A program made the translations under genes and the position numbers. Shown here one piece after another: positions 1 to 13,660 of a stretch of DNA of 64,000 nucleotides. Source of the stretch: Octopus sinensis (Eukaryota); contig NC_042997.1 of NCBI RefSeq assembly GCF_006345805.1, positions 52,390,001-52,454,000 on the forward strand, read 5' to 3'. The notes below the pieces were generated by a model. It was not told where the DNA came from. It searched no databases and worked only from the letters and a program-made list of their open reading frames with translations. Position 1 is the stretch's first letter; each line of letters opens with the position of its first letter.

Positions 1-530
1 ATGGAATCTGTTTTCTGAGTGTCTGTTGTGTCTATTGTCCCTGTGCATCTGCCGCACATGAAAGCTATCTTATCTGTTAATTTCCCTTTAATGTTGCTGC
101 ACCTCTTATGTGTCCATAGCTTACATTGGGTGCATCTTATGGAGTTTCTACCTGTACCTTTCTTACAGATTGAGCAGGGCCACCTACCCGAGGGGGTGTG
201 TGTTGAGTACCTCTTGCTGCTTACTAATACTTTGGTCTTTGCTACATTTATTCTAAGGCCCTTTGATTCTAACCCTTGCTTCCACACCCGAAATTTCTTT
301 TCTAGTTCCGGTAGTGATTCTGCTATGAGAGCTAGGTCATCGGCATAGAGGAGCTCCCAGGGGCATCCCGTTTTGAATTCCTCTGTTATTGCCTGAAGGA
401 CTATGATGAATAAAAGGGGACTGAGGGCTGAGCCCTGGTGCACACCTACTTCTACCCGGAATTCTTCACTATATTCGTTGCCAATCCTAACCTTGCTGAC
501 AGCCTCTCTGTATAGAGCCTGTACAGCCCT
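1..530 (-). mobile_element. RTE-clade LINE reverse transcriptase fragment (runs off window start)
   Basis: Minus-strand translation reads VGVHQGSALSPLLFIIVLQAITEEFKTGCPWELLYADDLALIAES (RT PQG-like and YADD motifs), followed by the cysteine-rich WPCSICRKG...C segment typical of RTE/BovB-like elements. Confidence 0.92.
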
Positions 531-540
531 TAATGGAAAT

Positions 541-1270
541 GGGAATTAACAATGGTTACAATAAGTAATTTAGTGAGCAGGTAGAGATCCACCAAAGCTG
601 TCCTTAGTCCCTTTCTATTTATCATAGCCACCAAAGCCATAGCAGAGGGGTTTAAAACTGGTTTCCATGGGAAATCCTGTATGTTGATGACCTAGTTCTC
701 ACTGCTGAATCTGTATAGAATTAGAGAAGAAATTCAAGACATAGAAGCAAAACCTAGACTTTAGAGGCCTTAAACTAAACTTAGCCAGTACTAGAATGTT
801 AGTAAGAAGGAAAGAACACAGGATTCTGGTACAATCTGGAAAATGGCAGTGCTCAAAATACAGTAAAGAAGTAAATAGGAATTCCATACAGTGAACACTA
901 TATAAAGTATGAACACACGAGATGTAGTGGTATCAGAAGTAGGCTAACAAGGATGATAAGTTTACATGCAGCACTAAAAGCATGTGGGAAATAGATTCTC
1001 TTAAATGCCACAGATTTCTTGGAAGTAAGTGATTGCTTCTGTTACCTTGATGAGCTGATTAATATTAAATGGGGGTAGTCTGAAAGTATAACAGCTATAG
1101 TAAGAAAATGTTGGCAAAAGTTCAGGGGACTATTACCTCTGTATGTTACAAGAGAATTCTCTCTGAGAATAGAAGGCAAATTGTATGATACTTGTGTACA
1201 TAATGCAATGATGCTCAGTTGTGAGATGTAGGTCCTTAGTACTGAAGATTTATAAAGACTAGCAGCACCC
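541..1270 (+). mobile_element. Degenerate RTE LINE RT fragment, inverted relative to the 1-530 copy
   Basis: Homologous to the same RT region (…gaaatcctgtatgttgatgacctag… corresponds to the LYADDL motif), with many stops and frameshifts. Confidence 0.8.
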
Positions 1271-1769
1271 ATGAATATTTCATGGAATTAATGGTGAATC
1301 TATTGGGTTATTTCTGAAAACTTTATCCAGAAAACTGAAGGTGTAGAGTGTTGTGTCTATATGGAAAGATAGTCACTCATCTGCAACTCTTTGAAAATTA
1401 CTTAATGCATTTTATATATACACATTATATACTTTATGCACAATGTTATAGACTTCATACACAGCAATCGAAAAATAAATATTCGCTCTTATTTTGCCAT
1501 TTTTCCCATTAACAAAAAAAATACCCCATATGATACAACCTTTAGTAAAATTGTCTATATCTTGCCACATGAATAAGCATGAATATTTCACAGACTTGCT
1601 CTTATACACATATGTTAAGTGATAAGTGATATAAAAAACTTGGTTCAATTTTTAAAAAATACTCTTTTCACTATCCAATCATCACCACCTCCATCTCCAC
1701 CACCACCACCATCAACCTCTCACTCCCCCTCTTTCCCTCCTCTCTCTGCCTTTCTTTAACATAATGCCA

Positions 1770-3290
1770 AACATTTTGGTAATTGCCTCCATGTGGTCCA
1801 ACACTTGAAAGGTACTCAGCCACTTTGCCTCTGTGAGGCACAATGTTCAAAAGATGTTCTTTACGTGCCACTGGCACGGGTGCACTTGAATTCATGAGTC
1901 CTCTCAAGCACAGCACATTGTCAAAGGTCTCGGTCACCAGTCATTGCCTCTGTGAGGCTCAAAGTTCAAAGATCATGCTTCACCACCTTGTCCCATGTCT
2001 TCCTGGGTCAGCATCTACCACAGTTAGAGATCGGCACTTCTTTACACAGCTATCCTTGTCAATACATATCACATGACCATGCATCTCTTGCACCCCACAT
2101 CTGATTCCTCTTATGCCCAACTTTTCTCTCAAGATGCTTACACTCTGTCAAACATGCACACTGACATTGCACATCCTGTGAAGCACACCGGCTTCATTTC
2201 TTTCAAGCCTACACATGTTCTCAGCTGTCATAGCCTATATTTCACTGTCATGCAGCATAGCTGTTCACACGCAAGCATCATACAACTTGTCTTTCACTCT
2301 GAGAGAGAGGCCCTTTGTTGCCAGCAGGGGTAGGAGCTCTCTGAACTTTGTCCAGCCTAGTCTTATTCTCAGAGCATCCACCTCCACTTGTAACTTGGTC
2401 ACCAAGATAGCAGAAGCTATCTACTACCTCTAGCTTTCCCCCTTACCAGTTGATAGAGTCTATTTTCTGCACATTTTCAGCCACATACAAAAGTTATTTC
2501 CCTGTTAACCTTCCTCTGATGTTGCTGCACCTTTTATGTGTCCATAGCTTACACAAGTTGCATTGTATGAAGTTTCTACCTACACCTTTTCTACAGATTG
2601 AGCAGGGCCATCTACCTGAAGAGATTTGTGATTTATCTACCTTCCTACTTACTAAGACTTTGGTTTTTGTTAGGTTAACTCTAAGGCCCTTTGATTCTAG
2701 ATCTTGCTTTCATGTCTGGGACTTCTCTGGCTATAAGAGCTAGGTCATCAGCATAGAGGAGCTCTCAGGGGCAGCCTGTCTTGAATTCCTGTTATTGCCT
2801 GGAGGACTATGATGAACAAGAGGGGGCTGAGCACAGATCCTTAGTGAACCCCTACTTGTACCCTGAATTCTTCGCTGTACTCTTTGCCCACCCTCACTTC
2901 ACTGATAGCATCCTTGTACAAGGCTTGTACAGCCCTCACCAATCACTCGTCTAGCCCTAGTTTCCACATTGACCACCAGATAAAGGATCGGGGTACCCTG
3001 TCAAAAGCTTTCTCCAAGTCAACAAAAGCCAAATACAGAGGTTCGTCTTTGGCTAGGGATTTCTCTTGCAGTTGCCTTACCAGAAATATAGCATCAGTGG
3101 TGCTTCTACTTGGCAAAAAACCAAACTGCATCTCATCTAGACTAACTCTCCCCCTAATTAGTTGGGCTATGACTCTCTTTGTATCTTTCATCACCTGATC
3201 CAACAATTTTATACCTCTAATTATTTCTATCTAAGGCACCACCTTTACCTTTGAGTTAGTTGACACCAGTCATTGGGTATGATTCCTTCA
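1770..3290 (-). mobile_element. 5'-truncated RTE LINE (RT domain, C-terminus, part of 3' UTR)
   Basis: ORF 2943-3206 reads QFGFLPSRSTTDAIFLVRQLQEK…AFVDLEKAFDRVP. The YADD region lies near 2750-2765, and the C-terminal KTWDKVVKHDL segment near 1975-2005. Confidence 0.92.
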
Positions 3291-3611
3291 TGAATCACCT
3301 GATTTACAATACAGGGGACTAGACCATAACCCACACCTGATGGGCCAGGGGGGGTGGCTTTGCCTGTCTATTCACTCTCCCTGCCACCAACCACCAACCA
3401 ACTTGTTACATTCCACCACTATACCCCTCTTTGTCTTTATCTACCACTCCCTACTGCTCTCTCTCTCTCTCCATCTCCTGTTATTTTTTTGTCACCTTAT
3501 CTTTCTCTCTCATTCTCTTACCCTCTCTACCACCCCTTCCAACTTGGCACACTTGTACCAATCTTTTTATTCTGTTCTCTTTTTTTCTCTCCTGCTCCTT
3601 TCACTCTGGTT

Positions 3612-3612
3612 C

Positions 3613-3667
<55 letters not shown>
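3612..3667. repeat. (CT)n microsatellite at the end of a CT-rich low-complexity tract
   Basis: Direct inspection. Confidence 0.95.
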
Positions 3668-3669
<2 letters not shown>

Positions 3670-3789
3670 AATATAGGGGACAGGAATTTTTACTTAAGTT
3701 TCATCAGGAATGAAATAAGCTCTCAGGTGCAGATGAATGGAGAGAATATAGGGTAGAAAGGACTTTTTAGTTTTGCCAAGAACAAGACA

Positions 3790-3990
3790 ACCTCTCTAGT
3801 GCTGGTGCCATAATAAAATGCATATGACACTCTCTGTAAAGTGATTGGCAATAGAAAGGGAATCCATGCTAAAAGTGGAACATACAATCAGGCATAGTCT
3901 TCCAGTCATTTAAGAAGACTCCAAATAAAAATTAAATCAGTCTATGACATCATACTAGCAGAGAAAAGGTGGATGTAAAATGAATGTGGT
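3790..3990 (+). mobile_element. Degenerate RTE 3' UTR/tail fragment
   Basis: Similar to the recurrent ggtgccac-taaaaagcac…gtggttggc-ttaggaagggcatcc motif seen in the better-preserved copies at 21010-21290 and 53400-53656. Confidence 0.5.
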
Positions 3991-6599
3991 GAAGATGATA
4001 ATACCTGGATTACATGTTACTTCTTACCTGATCTTTAATGTAGATGAAAATTGTGTGAAGCTTTTAACTGTGAAGCTCTGTATATATCAACTTATCTATT
4101 TTTTTTTTAAACCCTGTAGTCTTTTTAAATCTATCACAAGCTATTAATCTATTCCTAGTTTCCTTGGTGACCATGAAATAATAAAGCAAATATATCCATT
4201 GTTAACATCTTTGAAATTCTAACAGAACTTTAAATTTATTTTCAATGAATCAAAACAATGAAATTTTGCTGTTTATATGTTATCTGTGAGGGAACCTATA
4301 CCTGGTTGATTGGCCTGTTATAGAACTCCTTCAAACCACTCTCTATTATCTTAGAAAAGAACTCAAAAGATAATGTGATCAAGAGCACACATTGCTTGAG
4401 GAGAAAGAGGACGGTTACAGACAGAACTTGTTTGGTTATCAGTCTTCTCCATTTGAGCTGATTTGGGTCTAAACAATAACAATCTATAGTTACTAGGTTT
4501 TCCATATCCAAGCTTTTGGAATATTTAAATAACCATTTTGTTATTTCCTGTTATATAATTGCCATTTATATAAAATAGTAGTAGTTATGTCACAAATTGT
4601 CTGTCCAGTTATATTTCTGTGAACATCAAGACAGTTTGACAGATTCTATTACATATATGTTTAATAAATGAATGGTAGAGAAGGAAGAGAAGGATGTGAG
4701 CTTTTGTGAACTGCCACCAGTAGTTCTATCATTTTATTTGAATCAAAAGCTAACTGTAGACCTATGTCTGTTTCTCTTCTATAGCACACACAGATCAAAG
4801 CTTTACTGACAACTCACACAGAAATGTGTTAGATCCTCTAAGTACACAATATCAAATATCAAAGTGATTCACTTCACTGTGTCCTTTACATGTTAATTAT
4901 ATGATGAATGGAAAAAGAAAAAAAAAAATACATTCCCTGCATTGGCATATTCCTGGCAACTTCATTGAATTGAAATATTATCTCTACACACCTTCCTTCA
5001 CTACAGCTAGAGTAATGAAAATGCGGAGGAAAACAACAGTTAAATGTGCAATTGTGTGTGCGTGTGTATGTGTGTGTGTGTTATTAAGGGTGCTCTTTAG
5101 TCATGAAACCGAGAATTTACTCATTGGCAATAACTTTTTTGTTGTTTTTGTTTTGTGTTTTTTGAAACCTTTAGAGTCTTATTAATGTACTTGAATCATA
5201 TTAAAATGTCATCTCGAGCAAACTTGAACTCTTACTCGTGACTTTTATGAGGCAGTATCAAAAGTTGGTGTATTAACAAATGGACATAGTGTGAAATTAC
5301 TAATTATAGAAACGTGTGGGGTGGGGCTTGCATGGTGTCCTTTGTAAAAACACTAGTTGCTAGAGCTTAGTCTGAGATTTTTACACACACACACACACAT
5401 AGACAATGTGTTTCTATATTTATAGTTTGTGATTTATAATAGAAAAGACAACCATCATAAAAAGTGAGTGATGGGGAAAACACCTTTCAATCTTCATAAT
5501 GGGCAACATATTCAGCTGTACAAAGAATAAATGTTAGATTATGAGAAAATAAAAAAGATTGCATAAAAAATAACAAAAGAAAAATTAAAACGCTTGAAAA
5601 ATTAAAAAAAATCTATTAAGAAATGAAAACTGTGTAAATATAAGGAAAGGGGATAGAAGGAAGTGAAAAATATTGGGAAATAGCAAAAAAATTTGTAATT
5701 TTAACACAAACGTGTTGATTGCGCTTTTCAGAACTTAAACCCATTCGCTTTACAATACAAAAAGTCAACTGCACTCTTGAGATATGAAGTAGCTTCTTTT
5801 GTTTTATGTAAAACAATTTGTTCACAAGGCTTATGTTGTTGTTGTTATTGTTGTCATTGGTTAAATTGTAGTTGTCATTGTTGTCAGAGAAGTCTTCAAT
5901 AATTTGCGACTTTATACACACAACCATTTAATACTTTTTTAACGTGATGTTGCTGCAACATAACCCTCAACGACTTGGCCGGCTTTAACATCATATGCCT
6001 TGAATGTTTGGTGCCACTGTCGTGTTAATAATGTAGGTGTTCTATGAGCTATTTGTATTTTGTTTATATCCATTTGCTATACCGTATAGTTGTGTTGTGT
6101 GTTTGTGTGGATAGAATGGATATAACTTGATAAATTAGTGCTGGTGTGGTTGTTAATGCTGAGTGCTGGTGTTGTTGCTTTGTTTGCACAGTTTTAAAGC
6201 GCAAAAACAACTTACTGGATGTATCATTTATTGATATATTTCTCATAAGCCATTGTTAAAAAACTTTGTACATGTTGAGTAACTAATGTAAAAGCTTCCT
6301 CACTGGTTTGCTTAGTTCAGTGCCGAAATATCACAGCAGGATATTAGTGTGTCTTAAAAGATGTTCCACTAACTCCTTTCAATCTATATATTAAAGGGTA
6401 ATATCTGCTGCAGTAGTTATATTATAGTGAACCTATTTTGAGTGGTCATTTGCATAAAATAATTAAATTATTGATCTAGGCAAATATTAGTCTCTATGAT
6501 ATTTTGGGTGGAGGTCTGGTGGAAAGGATTATGCTGTGATTTTTTTGTTGTTTTTTTTCGCAGATCTTCCAAGACTAGGGAGAATAATGGTGTGAACAT

Positions 6600-7850
6600 T
6601 TGAATAGTTACAAGTTAATGGCTGCATAAAAAAAAAATAAGCATGTACATGGAGGGAATCTAATGAGATGACTTTCTAAGAATGAAGGGTTAGGCCTCGT
6701 AGTTAGTGTGAATATTATGGGTGATGAGACAGAGAGAGCTAAGTGAATTAGAAGTGTCTAAATGGAGGCAGGATGGGTTCAGCCAGTTTCAAGGAGCAGA
6801 TGCAGCAATAGTTAGTGATAGAAAAGACGGAGGCAGGGGACATCGCATGTGTGGGTCAGAGGTTGGAGTATGTTTGTGAATGAGTTCATTTCAACAATCT
6901 TTGTATGTGTTCAACAGTATCTGTATGTGTAAGAGCAGCACCATCTCAGATATGGGAATAGTACTTTATTGTCAATGTCAACTGAGCTTTATAGAAAGTT
7001 AGTAGTAGTTGGAGAGCTGAAATATTTTTGAGTTTAATGGAATGCCTGTCTTTGTCAGGCAGCTCTCGCTATGTTGACCAAGTGCATTTAGCAGGAGAGA
7101 TCCTCAGTGATGATGATACCGAGCATCTGATGCAATCATGAAGGTTCTTGTTGCATACTGTTTAGAGAAAGTGTGATGTAATAATGATTTATTTAATGTG
7201 CAGTGATTGTATCATTTTACTATGAAGGAGACAAGGTTGGTGTAATCCTAATGAAGTATATTTCCAGATCTCTTATTCATGGAGTTGGTACAAAGTTGGT
7301 ATGAGGTTTCTAGCTTTTCATATGGATGGTACTTCAGTGCAAAACATTTGAGGAGTAAAGAGGGTGTCATTTATGTAAGAGGGGGCTTTGTTGGATGTGA
7401 AGGCAATTAGATCATTGATGTTTAAGAGGAAGGAAGATGGGGGCAAAATCATAATCTGAAGCATACTAGAGTTGATGCAGTGCGAGTCAAAGAGGGCTCT
7501 ATTAGTACAGGTCATGATAGTACAGTGTGACAGGATGCTACCAATCCTAGAGATAAGTTAAGCTCATAGGCATGCAAACATAGGTCAAAGCTTTGATAAA
7601 ATATACAATCAGCCGCATTTAGCAGTTATACAGATGACTAGCGATGTTGAAGACAAACATTGTTGTCTATACACTCAACAAGATTTGGACACCATCCATA
7701 ACAGGGTGAATAACAACATATCATTTGATGCCTCAAGATTATATATTCTCTGTCACAAGAAAGAGGATTGCTTGAAGAATGCTCTACTTTTCTCCAAATG
7801 AGGAAACTTATTTGCAAACCTGAGAAGAAACCAGGAGATAAGGAGCGAAA
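6600..7850 (-). mobile_element. Highly degenerate CR1/L2-type LINE RT relic
   Basis: Minus frame ILPPSSFLLNINDLIAFTSNKAPSYINDT resembles the CR1-like SILSPTLFLLxINDL…YADDT. An upstream FIKALT segment resembles SKAFD. Confidence 0.5.
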
Positions 7851-8489
7851 TTATGAGTGAAGGGGCAAAAGAAAATGGTTTTTTTTTTGTCTTTTTTTTT
7901 GCTGAAGAGGAGCTAGATGGCTACTCATTGTGGAGAAGAGATGGAGATGGGAAGAGATAAGAATAGTGATGATGATGTGTCAAGGTGGATCCTCAACCTA
8001 CAAGATGAGTAGAAATGAGTGGGGACAGAAGAAATGGAAGTGGGGGTAGAGATTGCAAGAGTGTATGGGAGAGTGAAAGATGGGGAATCAGTGAGGGGAT
8101 GAATATAAAGAATGAAGAACAAGTGTTGAAGGATGAAGTAGGGAAGATATGGAAGAGAAGGTGGCTAGTGTATACATTGGATAGGGGGTGGGGGATGACA
8201 AATGATGCATGAGAATAAAGAACAGCAGAATAGTTAGGATGATACAGCAAACAGGGCAAGGATGAGAGAAAGAGAGATATTGGGTAAGTTGCTAGAGTAA
8301 AAGCTGGAAGAGAGAGAGAGAGAGGCAGGTGTAGTGTATGTGGAAGTTAGAAATGTATGATGGAGGAGAAGGAAATCAAGTGAAATGGTTCCTGTTAGTG
8401 AGAAGAATCAGTAGTGTGAAGGAGATACTAAAGTTAGAGAGATGATGATTGGTGAGGATGTCTCAAGGAGAAAATTAGGCAATGTATCT

Positions 8490-9650
8490 GTATATAAATA
8501 TGTTCACACAGCTCTTCCTGTTGTCTTGGTCCTTTGTTATCATTGTGAGGTCCAAGGCCCTGAGATCAGCCTTTACCACTTTATCCCATGTCTTCCTGGG
8601 TCTTCTTCTGCAAGCTCCATCCACATTAAGTGATCCGCAATTGTCAGTACAACTGTCCTTATTCTTATGTATTATATGTTCATACCAGCACAGTCTTCTT
8701 TCCTGCACACTAAACCTGATTCCTCTTATGCCCAGTGTTTCTCTCAACACATTTATATTATGTCATTCATGCACACTTACATTGCACATCCAGTGCAGCT
8801 TGCATACTTCATTTCTTCCCAGTCATCTCAAGTCCCCTGCATTCAAAGCCATGCCTCACTACCATGCAGCATTGCAGTTATAACACAAGCACCATACAAT
8901 CTGCCCTTCATCTGAAGGAAAATACTTTTGTTGCTAGCTGTAGTAGTATCTCACTGAATTTTTTCCAACCTGTTTTTACCCAGGCTATTATACTTGCAAA
9001 GCAACCACCTCCTCTCTCTAGTTACATCTCCTATATATCAAAGTCTATTGACTAATAGTAAGGCATCTGGACATTTAAGAGAATCTATTTCCAATGTGTT
9101 CTAAGTACATACTCCTCCAGTGATTCTATTATATATGAAGCTTACATTCTCTCTTATTCTGATTCCACTATATCTCTTGTGTCTCCATATCTTTTATTGG
9201 ATACAACATTATGGAGTTTTTAGCTACTCCTTTTCTCTATACTGAGCAAGACCACTTTCCCTGAAGATGTCAGGATCATGTCTTATTTCCTTAAAACATT
9301 AAGTATTTGCTAAGTTTACCTTAAGACCTCTTGATTCTAGGTTTATCTTCCATGCCTAGAATTCCCGTTCTAATTCCCCTATAAATTCAGTTCTGAAAAT
9401 TAGATCATCAGCATATAGGACTTCCATAGACAGTCCATCTTAAACTCCTCTGTGATGGCTAGTAGGACTAGATGGATAAGAGAAGGCTAAGGATTGGGAT
9501 TTCATAAACTCCTACCTCCATGCTAAATTCATCATTGAAACCATTGTTGATTCTCACTTTGCTTACTACATTATTGTACATAGCTTGTACATCCATCACA
9601 AACTATTAATCTATACCTAGTTTCCTTGGTGACCATGAAATTACTATCAG
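8490..9650 (-). mobile_element. Degenerate RTE LINE RT/C-terminal fragment
   Basis: ORF 8475-8750 reads LGIRGIRFSVQERRLCWYEH…RPRKTWDKVVKADL. A YADD-like region (tcatcagcatatagg) lies at ~9405-9420. Confidence 0.85.
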
Positions 9651-10859
9651 ACAACTTCTATGTGAATTTCATTATTATGTTAGTGATACAAATTTTTTTA
9701 AATAGATCTTCATCATCATCTCCATCAGTGTTTTAACACTCACTTTTCCATACTTGCATGAATAAGATGAGACTAAGTTGGAATGGTTTCTATGGTTGGA
9801 TACCCTTCAAGCAAGATAATAATTTAGTCTTTCAAATGAAAAACAGCCTGGACATGGTTATGTAGAAAACTGGAAAAAATACCATTTAAATGAGCTGTTT
9901 GATTACAAAGACCAAGCAACATGCTAAGGCATGTGAAAAAATTGGAATATGCTTTCAGAGTGGACTGCAAGCATTGTATGAACAGTGAGGCTGTTGTTTA
10001 CAGACAGTGAACTCAAGGGAAGGCAGAAAGAAAACATAAACTCATTCACACACATACGCACAGACGTGTGCACACACACACACACACACACACATACAAG
10101 GCCTTTTTCAGTTTCTGTCTGTCAATTTCACTCATAACATATCGGTCGACTCTTAGTTATAGAAGAGAATGGCAGCCAACAGCATCCATGAAGTGAAATC
10201 TAATCTTTACCTTCATGGTTCTGAAGTAAACATCTTAACCATAACAGCCTTGCCTGCAGGGATACCGGCTTCCCATTCAAAAGTAAGGACTCTGACTTCA
10301 AAGGAATTTTTGAAACAAGAAGCAATGGCAGCAAATGAAAAATATAAGCATAACAACAAGCTGGATATCTCAATTTCCATTGAGTTGGATATTTTAATTT
10401 TGGAGTCATTGTCTAGTGATAGCAACTCCAACAGCATTATTGAAAATAACAAAGAATTTATTTCAGAAATACAATGGGGTGAAATTTTTTTTTAATGTTT
10501 CTCTTTGAAAATTGTTCAAAAGAAACCAGATTCACAATATTTCCAGTGACTTGGAACTGATTATTTCCTTTTATTTTTTCCCTGCTGAAATGTTTCTAGA
10601 TGATAACCACAGAAACAAATTGTTATGCAGAACATCATCATCATCATTGTTTCAATGTCTCTACTTTTTCATGCTTGCATAGATCAGAGGGAACTCATTG
10701 AGGTAGATTTTCTATGGCTAGATGCCTTTCCTGTTACCAACCCACACCTGTTTCCAAGCAACATAATATTTCCTCATGGCTTGACATGTGTTTCATGGAA
10801 GACTGCAAATAAACATTGCTTGTGTAACATTGATGCTGGTTTATAACCATTATGTGATG

Positions 10860-10913
10860 GCAAGACAGGGATACAAGCGCACGCACACATGCATGTGCAC
10901 GTACACACAAACA

Positions 10914-10954
<41 letters not shown>

Positions 10955-11110
10955 CAGGCATTTTTCAGTTTCCATCTACCAAAACCACTCACAAGGTTTA
11001 GGTTGGTCCAAAGCTATAGTAGAAAATACCTGGTGAGGTGCTGTGGAATGGGATTGAACCTAAAAATTACATGGTTGGGAAGCAAGCTTCTTGATCATGC
11101 AACCATTCCT
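10860..11110 (-). mobile_element. tRNA-derived SINE family A (5' part); a second fragment lies at ~10040-10170
   Basis: Matches the full-length copy at 38100-38495 (cagtttccatctacc…ccactcacaagg…tatagtagaa…). Confidence 0.75.
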
Positions 11111-12899
11111 GGAAAGCAGATAGTTTTTCATTGATGCTGCAATACAATTAAGAGCAGGTTAAAAACGAAACACTGTTCAGAGAAAATCAAAAGCATATCA
11201 AAGAGATATCCTTCTGAATTCAGCTAATCTCCTAAATTAGAAAAAGAAAAAAAAATGGTCACAAGAGACTGTGATGAATGAGAATGCCAACATTGAAAAG
11301 GAAAGCTACTACATGACTCTCAATTAAAATATATTTCCAAAGTGCATTCCACAAGGTTGAATTATGTAGAATATGATGCTTTACAACTCTCCATGAAAGA
11401 AATATGACTTAATTTGTGTATATATAATTTAATTTTATAAAATATCTTATTTTCAAATTTACCATGTTTTCAAACTTTTATTATATTTATCTAATAATTT
11501 TACTTGTGAATCTATTCATTATCCTTTATGTGTGTGAATTTTTTTTTTTTTTTATTCTTTTAGTTTTCTGCAAACATTTGATACATTCTAGCATTTCATG
11601 CTCTTTTACCTTCATGATGCAACTGTTTTTATATGTAATCGTATTCAATTAAAAATCAAAACATTTGTACACATCCTGTATACTGCAGCTAGCTAATAAC
11701 ATATTTTATATAGTGTTGTCTAAACAAAATTTAACTAATTTTACTAAATTTACTTGTATTTAGAATGGTTTTGAAACAAAATTCTTGAACCGGTTTATGT
11801 AAAAACCTTTATTTATTCAGCTGTGTTCCAAACACCACATTCGCTTACAAAAGGCAAAAAAACATTATGGTTGTTTTAGGGAACCATAAGAATTTCCTGT
11901 ATTTTAGAATGTAATTGAAACACAAAGTGGTGTATTTTGGTGAGAGAAATACAGTAACAAAAGGGTTAAACATGACAACGCATGAATTATTTAAATCAAT
12001 ATATAGTACTTCCAGTCCGTTTTGCTTTGATCTTTCAACAGCAAAGAGTTTCATGGGCTGCCTTTTTTCCTTTTTTTTTTTTTGTAAAGGCACTTCATAG
12101 GAAAGGGCTTTTCATGTGTTGCCTTTCAACTTGATCTCTCCTATATTATGTTATATCTGGGTCTATTACCATTACTTCTGCCATTGTTGTGTATTTTAGG
12201 CTTGACTATTTCTATTCACATCACATGAAAGATCTTTATTTCATATGAGTATTTAATTCATTTACTTTTTTATCAAGTTAATTTTAATCATGTACTTACC
12301 TGACTTCCTTGTTAGTGATATGCAATTTTTAACACATGCATGCTTTTACACCTCAGGTTTCAATTTTTGTACAGTTGGTTTCATTTTTCCCTAAAAGGGT
12401 TTCCGGTTAAATGCCTTTGTTATTTATGACTAAGAGAACCCAGCATTGGTTGGCCACTCCTTATACTGAAGTGTGCAGGGGAGAACTAATACAGTAGAGG
12501 ATTGTTTGAATTGACTGCTAAACAAAGTGGGATAGGACAGTGATGATTTTATAGATATGTTCTGAAAGTGGGGTGAGACACCTACCTATATGTAAGGACT
12601 TTGTCAATTTGGCTAGGTAATAGAAACATTTTATAGAGATTGTAGATATCTGAAGATATCTACAAGTGGGAAAACTGTTCTTGATTTCATAGCTGTAATG
12701 AGCTAACAGTAATAAGGAATTGGCAGACATCATGAAGTCATTCTCCCACCCTAATAGGGAAAGCTTCTATCCCCTATCCTTCACAAAAATCTGAAAGCTT
12801 TTGGATTAAAATAAGTGTATCATGTTATTTCTATTAAATTATACGTTATACTGGATAAAATGAAAAATTAATATTTATTCCTATTTTCATCATACAGAG

Positions 12900-13355
12900 G
12901 TAGATAAAGCAATTGTAGTAGATAAAGTGATTTAGGACATCGCAAATCCATCTGGGATGCTTGTGGAGATGCTCAAAATATCTAGTGAAGTAGAATACGT
13001 GATTACCACCTGGTTATTTACATAAGAACATATCATATCCAATGACTGGCATAGCAGTACCATCATAAACTGCTACAAAGGTATAAGAGATGCTTTAGGG
13101 AGAGGAAATTATAGAGGAATTAGACTACAGGATTAGATTATAAAGATCATGGAGAGAAAAATTAGGCATAAAGAGAATTAGATATAGTGTGCAAGAAAGA
13201 AGACTGTACTGGTATGGAGATGATGTGTATGGATGAGAACAGCTGTATAAAGAAGCATCAGTCACTTATGGAACTTGCAGAATAAGAAGACCCAAGAAGA
13301 CATGGGAGAATGTGGTAAAGGTTGATTTAAGGTCCGTGACCCTCACAGAGATGAC
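12900..13355 (+). mobile_element. Internally deleted RTE LINE (pre-RT region joined to the C-terminus)
   Basis: Reads PSGMLVEMLKIS…IINCYKG…RGNYRGIRL, then jumps to RYSVQERRLYWYG…RRPKKTWENVVKVDL. Confidence 0.75.
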
Positions 13356-13399
13356 AAATGGGATAACTTGTGATATGCAGTTCTCACTGCATATTTCAG

Positions 13400-13660
13400 T
13401 AAGACTGAAATTCTGGAAGTATAACATTTACACCTAGGGGTACCCCCACCCAATTTTATCCTCCACCAAGCTCCCCAACCCATCATCTCACTAATTGCAT
13501 ACTTCAAAACCTTCTCCCTGATATCACTTATCTTTTTCGTTACTTGGAACCATTTTACTTGATATTCATCCTTCATTCTTAATACTGTTCTCCTCACCCA
13601 AAGTTCACATTGACCACCCTTCAATGTTGCCAGATTCATTTTGAATTTTCCCATCATTTA
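13400..13660 (-). mobile_element. Possible LINE APE endonuclease relic
   Basis: The frame MNLATL…KVLKYAISEMMGWGA…IKLGGGT loosely resembles the APE motif ATWNV…ILGISEMRWxG. The similarity is weak. Confidence 0.25.

Noticed and set aside
4131-4179. ~50-bp near-identity with 9593-9641
   Set aside because: Both are the same RTE segment, explained by a shared subfamily rather than a meaningful duplication.
4296-4511. Exon-like segment (minus DPNQLKWRRL…, plus YLVDWPVIELLQ…)
   Set aside because: The strand is ambiguous and no homology was recognised.
10169-10495. Overlapping ORFs on both strands in unique sequence
   Set aside because: Several frames look equally plausible, with no recognisable domain or consistent splice signals.
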